In this document: positions 41,886 through 53,700 of the stretch, piece by piece
Layout: each line of letters begins with the position of its first letter
How positions within the stretch are numbered: position 1 is the first letter of the stretch
Translations under genes and position numbers: made by a program
Source: Convolutriloba macropyga
Taxonomy: Eukaryota
Assembly: GCF_964194025.1 (NCBI RefSeq)
Contig: NC_134470.1
Coordinates: forward strand, 25,916,001 to 25,980,000
DNA: 64,000 nt
Direction of reading: 5' to 3'
The notes under the pieces: generated by a model
The model's input: only the letters and a program-made list of their open reading frames with translations
Told to the model about the DNA's origin: nothing
Database searches by the model: none

Positions 41886-44530
41886 TTTCTATAAAAAATA
41901 ACGATTCTAAATTACATTTTATGCTAAAAATGAAACAAAATTGTGCTTCTAACAGAAGAAAGGCCACTAAAATCCTAGTTTTTGTCTCTTTGGGAAGTTT
42001 ACTGTAAAAAAATTCGATTGCTATTTGAAAAATGATATTTTAAAAACAGTTTCACATTTTTAAATTTTTTTCAAGTCCCTTAGAGACTAGTTGTTTTTCA
42101 AACCCAAATTGTGTTCAAGACAAGCCTCATTTACAGTCAAATGATGCCCAATGAATAAATTGTTTGTTTTTAGGGTATCGCTCTGTTTTTTATGGCTTCG
42201 ACTCTTAGTTGTCGTAATTTTTATTTAAATTTTGATTTTTTTTCTGATAAATTAAAAAATCTTCATAGTCCTATGACAGAGACTCGCTGACTAAAAGTGT
42301 AAAAAGCTTATAAAAGAGCAGTAATTGAACCTATGTAGTAATTTTAGTGGACAGCTAATGGCTGTTAAGACTTAAAAAAATCTTTTTTTTCGTAAAAAAT
42401 TTTGAAAATTAACCGATCTTAAACTTGTTTCAGTGAACTGTAAAACAGTCTCACTATTGACAGGACCACCTTCCTTTCTACTGTAGCCAATATTAATCTG
42501 GTTAGCGGTTTCATCTTTTAACTATTTTCTTTAAGACTCGGATGCCAATGATTATCATAATTTTTTATTCCTTAGGATATTTTTTTCATAAATTAAGATA
42601 CTTTTGAAGTCTTATCACAATAATTTATTGTTCTCAGTTCCCATTGACATAAAGCAGACTTTCAATATATCACAGATAAAATTTGCAGGGAAAAACGTAT
42701 AGTTTTAATGACTTCGACATTGTCCTCTCGCACTTTTCTATTGAGTTTTTGGTTTTTGCCTGTGTTTGTTGTCGTTTTCGTAGTCATACAACTTACTGTG
42801 ATGACTTATTGATGACTTAGCATTGAAAAAAATTACTGCCTTCTCATGGAAGCAAAACTTAATTTAACTTATTAATTATTCATTTTCGTTGAACGCTGTC
42901 GAGATTAATGGTTTTTCTAAGGGTTTTCTCAAAAACTTCGTGGTTTTAATATATTTGTTCACACTTATTTGTTTTTTGTAGTCGTAGACTTTAAATTAGA
43001 ACAAAAACAATTTTTTTATTTTTAGAGCGGGATAATGTTTATCTTTTATTCGTTTTACCACAACCTTGATAAAACATTTTGACGTCAAATAATGCTAGTT
43101 ATTTCCTTGAAGAAACGCCCTCTTGAAGAATTTTTTCAATAAGAATAATGATTTAATAATTAAAAGAATTAATGTCCTAAAATAATTCATTTAGGAGCCG
43201 TTAGAAGTGTAAAATCATTGTTCCGACCACACTTGTGGGTGAAGGAACTATATACTAAAATGGATTTTTTTCAGACAATTTTGGGGGATCGATATATTAA
43301 TCGGAGAGCAATGTGAGCGTTATCATTAAAAGCTGAGCTCGTCCAGCGTAGAGTTCGGATTTAAAGAGGTTTTTTGAGTTTCTTGTTTATTGAGGAGTTA
43401 TTGAGGTACAAAATTTTTCTATAAGAAATTTCTATGAGAGTTTTTCTATAAAAAATCTGGATTCAAAATTACATTTTATGCTAAAAATGAAACAGTCTTG
43501 TGCTTCTGACAGAAGAAGGGCCACTAAAATGGTGGTTTTTCCATCATTGGGAAGTTTACTATCAAAAAAATTTGAATTCTATTTGAGAGCTGATATTTTA
43601 AAAACAGTTTCACCTTTTTTAATTTTTTTCAAGTCACTTAGAGACTAGTTGTTTTTCAAATCCAAGTTCTTTTCAAGACAAGCCTCATTTACAGTCAAAT
43701 GATGCCCAATGAACAGATAAATCGTTTTTAAATTTTTTTATGGCTTCGACATTGAGTTGTCACAATTTTTATTTAAATTTTGATTTTTTTTTGATATATT
43801 AAAAAAAAATTTTGTAGTCCTATCACATAGGCTCGCTGACTAAAGGTGCAAAAAAGCTTATCAAAGAGAAGTACTCGAACCTATGTAGTAATTTTAGTGG
43901 ACAACTAATGGCTGTTAAGACTTAAAAAAAAATCTTTTTCGAAAAAAAAATTGAAAATTAACCGATCTTAAACTTGTTTCAGTGAACTCTATTACAGTCT
44001 CACTATGGACAGCAACGCCTTCCTTTCTACTGTAACCAATATCAATCTGGTTAGCGGTTTCATCTTTTAAATATTGTCTTTAAGACTTCGCCGCCAAGAC
44101 TTATCATAATTTTTTAATATTTGGGATAGTTTTTTCATAAATTAAGATACTTTGAAGTCTTATCACAATAATTTATTGTTCTCAGTTCCCATTGACATAG
44201 AGCAGACTTTCAATATATCACAGATAAAATTTGCAGAGAAAAAACGTATTGTTTTAATGACTTCGACATTGTCTTCTCGCACTTTTCTACTGAGTTTTTG
44301 GTTTTTGCCTGTCTTTTTTGTCGTTTTCATAGTCATACAACTTATTGTGCTGTTTTATTGATGACTCAGCAAAGACAAAAATTACTGCCTTCTCATCGAA
44401 GCATAACTTAATTTAACTTATTTTTATTGATTTCCGTTGAACGCTATTGAAATTAATGTTTTTTTTCTCAGGGTTTTTTCAAAAATTTTATGATTATCAA
44501 ATATTTGTTCACACTTGTTCGTTTTGTAGT
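41439..44530. repeat. Older diverged tandem duplication, ~1.55-1.58-kb unit (41439-43020 and 43021-~44530)
   Basis: TTTAGAGCGGGATAATGTTTATC at ~38753, ~41439 and 43021. TGAAGTCTTATCACAATAATTTATTG at ~42605 and ~44153. Confidence 0.9.
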
Positions 44531-46244
44531 CATATTGTTACGAAAAAGAATTCCATCATTGCTAAAAATTATTTGAAAATGGTTAATTTTTAATCGCTTC
44601 GACACTTTTCTCTCTCAATTTTTTTTGCTGTTATTTCCTGTTTTTGTTCTTTATGTAATTTTAAAGAGCTAAGAGGTTTCAAAAGCCTCTAACTGAGTGT
44701 TTATCGAATGAATTTACTCAATGGAGTAAATTTATAGCAAATAATTTTAAAGTTTATGATATGATTTGTTTTCGAACGTTTTTAAACTTTTTAGTTTTTC
44801 ATCTGTCCAATTGTATCTAATTCTCATCATTGGGAGGCCGCATACACTGGCCTTTAGTTCGAATATTAAAATGGTTTTTGATATTACGTCGTAACTAATG
44901 TTTTGATTGCTGAACAATATGCGTTTTCAAAAAGTTTTGTTAGTATTTGTGTTCCTTCTTCTCTTCTTTAAGTACATCGCGTAATAACAGGTGCCATTGA
45001 TTTGCAGATGAGGCGCAAGCGAACATACTTAATCTTTCTGTATAGTTTTAACTGAAATAATTTAATTAACATTTGACATAAAAACAATATTCAGATAACA
45101 GGGAAAGATTTAAGTGGCCTCAATAATTTGTGTTTCCGCAAATTGCTTGTAATTTTTTCAGTTTTCCTTCATCTGTTGTCCGTTTCTGTGGCTTAGTCTA
45201 ACCAAAGACAAATTCTATTGGTTTTGTAATAACTTTTTAGTAAATTTATCAAGAGTTTTTTTTGTTTAGAGCTAATGGTTTTTAAAACGTTTGTAATTAT
45301 TTGATTTAAAAAAGTTTGGTTGATTTTTGAATTTCTCATCATTATTGCTTCTTTTTGTTAACTTGTTTCCTAGTCTCTATAACATTAAGTCCCCTCTGCT
45401 TTTTGGTAACGAAATTGGTGTAGTTAAGATTTTTTCTGATTGTGTTTTTACGTTGTTACCACGTGCTTTAAAGTTTAAATGTTGAATTTTTACCGTAAAA
45501 TTTTTTTCTTTGCTTACTTTCTTTTCTATTTTACCCCGTAGTCTTATTAACGGTGTGAGATCTCGTGAGCGCTGTAATGAGGCATGGCATTATTAAATTC
45601 TTTTAGTAGATTGTGTAACAATTTTTTTAAACTTAAAGATCTATTTTTTTATTATCTTTTCATTTGGTTGACAGTTATGTCAAAAATGTAGATGAGCGCG
45701 GGTTGGAACATCATGTGCAAACTCATATTAACGAGCCTCCTTGTTTCAGTAATAGAATAAGTTCAAATGAGGTCTTGAACAGCTCTAGAGGGCAGACTGT
45801 TTAATCGGGATGTCGCCAAATACCTGCGATCAAAAATTAATAAAGTATGATAACTTTCAGATTTTTTGTTCTTCGGCAAATAGATCTGGTGCTATTTATT
45901 GAATTAGCGTGTTTGGTTTTAACAAAGCTGTTTTACTTTGAGTTTTGATTGGAGTGTGCATTCACGCAAAATTATCTTTTAATCACATAACTATGTCTCT
46001 TTGTTTCTTTGATTATCAGAAAGGATTACCAACTTATCAATGTTTATCTTTTCACAATCGAACACAAATTGTGATTTGCAGCTGACGAAAATTTGTTTCT
46101 TTGATTTAAAAACTTTGCATTAACTTATAAGCAACGTCTATCGTTTTTATTCTACGCAAAATCAGCAAAGTACAAAATCTAATTCAGTTGAATTTGAGTT
46201 TCTAGTTATTTTCTCATATACGTTGCTAATCTTTTTGTAACACC

Positions 46245-46666
46245 ATGAAACCCTTATATTGCTCAGATCAGGATTCTGTTTTTCATTCTCCTCTAGGAGA
46301 ATACAACTACGCATCAGAGAAATGGGAAAGCATGAAGCACTTTTTGTCTGATATATTCTTGGGAGAGTATCGTGAGAGTAGAGTGATTGAGTCCCTGTCA
46401 GAGAGAAGTCTCTCTTACGAGGAATTATACAGGAGAGGAGAAGAGGTCTCATCTCAACTGAGGAGACAGTTTGGAGTGTGTGAAGGATCCATTGTTCACA
46501 TTGTGAGTGAGAATGGATTTGATTGGCTCACAATCCTCCTCGCCTCCTACTTGAACAACTCTATCCTCTCAGCCACTCATCCTAAGTCACCATGGCCAGA
46601 GTGCGAGAGGAACATTGAGACCACGTGTTCGACAGTCCTCATTGTGTCTGAAAAATGTTACAAAAG
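46245..46666 (+). CDS. First coding exon of an ANL-family acyl-CoA synthetase (4-coumarate-CoA ligase/luciferase-like)
   Basis: ATG at 46245. SLSYEELYRR...FGVCEGSIVHIVSENGFDW...HPK...STVLIVSE matches the N-terminal part of AMP-binding enzymes. Donor AG|gtatat at 46666/46667. No further exons seen in the window. Confidence 0.75.
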
Positions 46667-47404
46667 GTATATTTTTTGACGCTCCCCACACCGCATGTCA
46701 ATTCTGTGAAACGAAAAACGTATACTTGTGGTGATGGCGTCGTATTTTATGTAAGATTAACGCAGTCGGCGTTAAAAACAAAATGTCGTTGCTTTTTTAA
46801 CGTCAATCTTACCTATATTAGCGTCGATAATACCTTGATCTTAGATGAATAAGTGTCAAAACATTGCATTTGATCTTCAAAACGATGTTGGATCTTTTTT
46901 GCTAGCGCCCCCACCCCAGCCCTATATAGTCGTTATTACAGCAACCCCAAAATCTAAGTTTTCCTGAATTGTAAGAACGTATTTGCATTTAACTGAAACA
47001 AGAGTGACTAGGTAGATTGAAGGCACTTTTAGAATAGTTTCCTTATAAAAATTTTAAAATCGAGCCCTTATTGTAGCCACCCGGTGCTACGATTCTCATT
47101 TTTCTTGCCAAGTTCCTATTTGGGACTTGCCAAGATCAGAAGAAATCCTATCAGGAATCCTATTGGGAAACTTACCAAGAATTGTAGGTGGTGGTAAGTA
47201 TATGCAAGTTCTCACTTTTCCCACTAGGAATTTTGAGAAACCTCGGAATCCTAGCAAGAAAAATGGGCACAATAAGAATCTTGCTAGGAAATTTTGAGAC
47301 TCTTTAGGATTCTCGTCAGGAAAAGTGGGAGATAATGGGTTTCCCAGTGAGAAAAATGAGAAAACAGTGGGATTGTTTGTAGGGAAAATCAGTACTAGAG
47401 TTAG

Positions 47405-47731
47405 CCAGGACCCGCAAAAAGTTGTTTCAGAGAAGCCGGGACAGTAAAGCACAAAAGCACACGATAAGGGTGAGGGACCCATAGAAGCCGGGACCCTAAA
47501 AAAACAAAAGCTGTCCCAGAAAAGCCACAACAGAAGAGCAGAAGCACACAAGGGATGGGGAGGGACCCAGAGAAGCCGGGATCCTAAAAGAACCAAAAGC
47601 TGTCCCAGAGAAGCCGGGACAGTAAAGCACAAAAAAACACAATAATGGGGAGGGACCCAGAGAAGCCGGAACCCTAACAAAACAAAAGCTGTCCCAGAGA
47701 AGCCAGGACAGAAAAGCAGAAGCACACAAGG
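47405..47731. repeat. GC-richer minisatellite, core CCCAGAGAAGCCGGGAC, alternating ~38/~51-bp spacing (~89-bp period)
   Basis: Seven core copies at about 47428, 47477, 47515, 47566, 47604, 47656 and 47693. Confidence 0.85.
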
Positions 47732-50700
47732 GTCTTTTCGATCCGAAGAATTGATAAATCTCATTCGCGACAGTTGTCCAACACGAAATTTGAATTGAAC
47801 TGTCATCCTGACCAACCAGTGAGTCACTCAAGGCCCATACCCTTTTCAATAGCATTTCTTCTAAACATACGTCAAAATATGACCAGTCATATGCGACAGA
47901 TAACAGGAAAAACGAGAACTGAAGAAAATTTTGGGTTCAGTTTACCCCTTAAGTTGATTTTTCGAGAAAAAATTATCATAAAAACCTTTTTCTAGTGTAA
48001 AACCAAGCTACAATAGTCACCCCATCTTTTGTTATTTGAAAAAGGATGTAAGCAATACTCTCCTTTGACCTCAAACAATTTTGAAATGGTCTTTTTGATC
48101 CGAAGAATTGATAAAACTCATTCGCGACAGTTGTCCAACACGAAATTTGAATTGAACTGTCATCCTAACCAATCAGTCAGGCTTTCAAAGACAAAACTTT
48201 TTGTAAATAGCGTGTTTTGTAACCAGACGTTAATATACGATCAGTCATATGCGAAAGATAACACTTAAAAACGGAAACTGAAGAAAATTTTGGGTTCATT
48301 TTACCCCTTAAGTTGGTTTTTGGTGAGAAAAAATTATCAGAAAAAACCCTCCGCTAGTGTGTAACCACGCTACGTTAGTCCTCCTATCTTTTGGTTTATG
48401 AATCAGGATGTAAGCAATGATCTCCTCTGACCTCAAACAGTTTTGAGATGGTCTTTTCGATCCGAAGAATTGATAAATCTCATTCGCGACAGTTGTCCAA
48501 CTCGAAATTTGAATTGAATTGTCATCCTAACCAACCAGTCAGGCTTTCAAGGACAATACGTTTTGTAAATAGCGTGTTTTGTAACCAGACGTTAATATAC
48601 GATCAGTCATATGCGAAAGATAACACTTAAAAACGAAAACTGAAGAAACTTTTGGGTTCATTTTACCCATTAAGTTGAGTTTTGGAGAGAAAAAGAATTA
48701 TGAGAAAAAACCTTCCGCTAGTGTGAAACCACGCTACGTTAGTCCTCCTATCTTTTGGTTTTTGAATTAGGATGTACGCAATAATCTCCTCTGACCTCGC
48801 ACAATTTTGAAATGGTCTTTTCGATTCGAAGAATTGATAAATCTCATTCGCGATAGTTGTCCAACACGAAATTTGAAATGAACTGTCATCCTAACCAACC
48901 AGTGAGGCTCTCAAGGAAAATACTTTTTGTAAATAGCATGTTATCTAAACATACGTGAAAATATGACCAGTTATACGCGATAGATAACAGGAAAAACGAG
49001 AACTGAAGAAAATTTTGGGTTCATTTTACCACTTAAGTTGATTTTTCGAGAGAAAAAATTATCATAAAAACCTTTTTCTAGTGTAAAACCAAGCTACAAT
49101 AGTCACCCCATCTTTTGTTATTTGAAACAGGATGTAAGCAATACTCTCCTTTGACCTCAAACAATTTTGAAATAGTCTTTTTGATCCGAAGAATTGATAA
49201 AACTCATTCGCGACAGTTGTCCAACACGAAATTTGAATTGAACTGTCATCCTAACCAATCAGTCAGGCTTTCAAAGACAAAACTTTTTGTAAATAGCGTG
49301 TTTTGTAACCAGACGTTAATATACGATCAGTCATATGCGAAAGATAACACTTAAAAACGGAAACTGAAGAAAATTTTGGGTTCATTTTACCCCTTAAGTT
49401 GGTTTTTGGTGAGAAAAAATTATCAGAAAAAACCCTCCGCTAGTGTGTAACCACGCTACGTTAGTCCTCCTATCTTTTAGTTTTTGAATCAGGATGTAAG
49501 CAATGATCTCCTCTGACCTCAAACAGTTTTGAGATGGTCTTTTCGATCCGAAGAATTGATAAATCTCATTCGCGACAGTTGTCCAACTCGAAATTTGAAT
49601 TGAATTGTCATCCTAACCAACCAGTCAGGCTTTCATGGACAATACTTTTTGTAAATAGCGTGTTTTGTAACCAGACGTTAATATACGATCAGTCATATGC
49701 GAAAGATAACACTTAAAAACGGAAACTGAAGAAAATTTTGGGTTCATTTTACCCCTTAAGTTGGTTTTTGGTGAGAAAAAATTATCAGAAAAAACCCTCC
49801 GCTAGTGTGTAACCACGCTACGTTAGTCCTCCTATCTTTTAGTTTTTGAATCAGGATGTAAGCAATGATCTCCTCTGACCTCAAACAGTTTTGAGATGGT
49901 CTTTTCGATCCGAAGAATTGATAAATCTCATTCGCGACAGTTGTCCAACTCGAAATTTGAATTGAATTGTCATCCTAACCAACCAGTCAGGCTTTCATGG
50001 ACAATACTTTTTGTAAATAGCGTGTTTTGTAACCAGACGTTAATATACGATCAGTCATATGCGAAAGATAACACTTAAAAACGAAAACTGAAGAAACTTT
50101 TGGGTTCATTTTACCCATTAAGTTGAGTTTTGGAGAGAAAAAAAATTATGAGAAAAAACCTTCCGCTAGTGTGAAACCACGCTACGTTAGTCCTCCTATC
50201 TTTTGGTTTCTGAATTAGGATGTACGCAATAATCTCCTCTGACCTCGCACAATTTTGAAATGGTCTTTTCGATTCGAAGAATTGATAAATCTCATTCGCG
50301 ATAGTTGTCCAACACGAAATTTGAAATGAACTGTCATCCTAACCAACCAGTGAGGCTCTCAAGGAAAATACTTTTTGTAAATAGCATGTTATCTAAACAT
50401 ACGTGAAAATATGACCAGTCATACGCGATAGATAACAGGAAAAACGAGAACTGAAGAAAATTTTGGGTTCATTTTACCACTTAAGTTGATTTTTCGAGAG
50501 AAAAAATTATCATAAAAACCTTTTTCTAGTGTAAAACCAAGCTACAATAGTCACCCCATCTTTTGTTATTTGAAACAGGATGTAAGCAATACTCTCCTTT
50601 GACCTCAAACAATTTTGAAATGGTCTTTTCGATCCGAAGAATTGATAAATCTCATTCGCGACAGTTGTCCAACACGAAATTTGAATTGAACTGTCATCCT

Positions 50701-53700
50701 AACCAACCAGTCAGGCTTTCAAAGACAATACTTTTTGTAAATAGCGTGTTTTGTAACCAGGCGTTGATATACGATCAGTCATATGCGAAAGATAACACTT
50801 AAAAACGGAAACTGAAGAAAATTTTGGGTTCATTTTACCCCTTAAGTTGATTTTTGGTGAGAAAAAATTATCAGAAAAAACCCTCCGCTAGTGTGTAACC
50901 ACGCTACGTTAGTCCTCCTATCTTTTGGTTTTTGAATCAGGATGTAAGCAATGATCTCCTCTGACCTCAAACAGTTTTGAAATGGTCTTTTCGATCCGAA
51001 GAATTGATAAATCTCATTCGCGACAGTTGTCCAACTCGAAATTTGAATTGAACTGTCATCCTAACCAGCCAGTCAGGCTTTCAAGAACAATACTTTTTGT
51101 AAATAGCGTGTTTTGTAACCAGACGTTAATATACGATCAGTCATATGCGAAAGATAACACTTAAAAACGAAAACTGAAGAAACTTTTGGGTTCATTTTAC
51201 CCATTAAGTTGAGTTTTGGAGAGAAAAAAAAATTATGAGAAAAAACCTTCCGCTAGTGTGAAACCACGCTACGTTAGTCCTCCTATCTTTTGGTTTTTGA
51301 ATCAGGATGTACGCAATAATCTCCTCTGACCTCACACAATTTTGAAATGGTCTTTTCCATTCGAAGAATTGATAAATCTCATTCGCGATAGTTGTCCAAC
51401 ACGAAATTTGAAATGAACTGTCATCCTAACCAACCAGTGAGGCTCTCAAGGAAAATACTTTTTGTAAATAGCATGTTATCTAAACATACGTGAAAATATG
51501 ACCAGTCATACGCGATAGATAACAGGAAAAACGAGAACTGAAGAAAATTTTGGGTTCATTTTACCCCTTAAGTTGATTTTTCGAGAGAAAAAATTATCAT
51601 AAAAAACCTTTCGCTAGTGTGAAACCAAGCTAAAATAGTCCTCCCATCTTTTGTTATTTGAAACAGGATGTAAGCAATACTCTCCTTTGACCTCAAACAA
51701 TTTTGAAATGGTCTTTTCGAGTCGAAGAATTGATAAATCTCATTCGCGACAGTTGTCCAACATGAAATTTGAATTGAACTGTCATCCTAACCAACCACTG
51801 AGGCTCTCAAGGACAATACTTTTTGTAAAAAGCATGTTATCTAAACATACGTCAAAATATGACCAGTCATATGCGATAGATAACAGGAAAAACGAGAACT
51901 GAAGAAAATTTTGGGTTCATTTTACCCCTTAAGTTGATTTTTCGAGAGAAAAAATTATCATAAAAAACCTTTCACTAGTGTGAAACCACGCTAGAATAGT
52001 CCTCCTATCTTTTGGTATTTGAATCAGGATGTAAGTAATGATCTCCTCTGACCTCAAACAATTTTGAAATGGTCTTTTCGAGTCGAAGAATTGATAAATC
52101 TCATTCGCGACAGTTGTCCAACATGAAATTTGAATTGAACTGTCATCCTAACCAACCACTGAGGCTCTCAAGGACAATACTTTTTGTAAAAAGCATGTTA
52201 TCTAAACATACGTCAAAATATGACCAGTCATATGCGATAGATAACAGGAAAAACGAGAACTGAAGAAAATTTTGGGTTCATTTTACCCCTTAAGTTGATT
52301 TTCGAGAGAAAAAATTATCATAAAAAACCTTTCGCTAGTGTGAAACCACGCTAGAATAGTCCTCCTATCTTTTGGTATTTGAATCAGGATGTAAGCAATG
52401 ATCTCCTCTGACCTCAAACAATTTTGAAATGGTCTTTTCGATCCGAAGAATTGATAAATCTCATTCGCGACAGTTGTCCAACACGAAATTTGAATTGAAC
52501 TGTCATCCTAACCAACCAGTCAGGCTTTCAAAGACAATACTTTTTGCAAATAGCGTGTTTTGTAACCAGACGTTAATATACGATCAGTCATATGCGAAAG
52601 ATAACACTTAAAAACGAAAACTGAAGAAAATTTTGGGTTCATTTTACCCCTTAAGTTGAGTTTTGGTGAGAAAAAATTATCAGAAAAAACCTTCCGCTAG
52701 TGTGAAACCACGCTACGTTAGTCCTCCTATCTTATGGTTTCTGAATCAGGATTAAAGCAATAATCTCCTCTGACCTCAAACAATTTTGAAATGGTCTTTT
52801 CGATTCGAAGAATTGATAAATCTCATTCGCGACAGTTGTCCAACACGAAATTTGAATTGAACTGTCATCCTAACCAACCAGTCAGGCTTTCAAAGACAAT
52901 AATTTTTGCAAATAGCGTGTTTTGTAACCAGACGTTAATATACGATCAGTCATATGCGAAAGATAACACTTAAAAACGAAAACTGAAGAAAATTTTGGGT
53001 TCATTTTACCGCTTAAGTTGAGTTTTGGTGAGAAAAAAATATCAGAAAAAACATTCCGCTAGTGTGAAACCACGCTACGTTGGTCCTCCTATCTTATGGT
53101 TTCTGAATCAGGATTAAAGCAATAATCTCCTCTGACCTCAAACAATTTTGAAATGGTCTTTTCGATTCGAAGAATTGATAAATCTCATTCGCGATAGTTG
53201 TCCAACACGAAATTTGAATTGAACTGTCATCCTAACCAACCAGTGAGGCTCTCAAGGACAATACTTTTTGTAAATAGCAAGTTATCTAAACATACGTGAA
53301 AATATGACCAGTCATATGCGATAGATAACAGGAAAAACGAGAACTGAAGAAAATTTTGGGTTCATTTTACCCCTTAAGTTGAGTTTTGGTGAGAAAAAAT
53401 TATCAGAAAAAACCTTTCGCTAGTGTAAAACCAAGCTACAATAGTCCTCCCATCTTTTGTTATTTGAAACAGGATGTAAGCAATACTCTCCTTTGACCTC
53501 AAACAATTTTGAAATGGTCTTTTCGAGTCGAAGAATTGATAAATCTCATTCGCGAAAGTTGTCCAACATAAAATTTGAATTGAACTGTCATCCTAACCAA
53601 CCAGTGAGGCTCTCAAGGACAAAAATTTTTGTAAAAAGCATGTTATCTAAACATACGTCAAAATATGACCAGTCATATGCGGTAGATAACAGGAAAAACG

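Noticed and set aside
47096-47855. 243-aa and 119-aa minus-strand ORFs
   Set aside because: They are translations of the minisatellite and subterminal repeats, with repetitive hydrophobic sequence and no domain.
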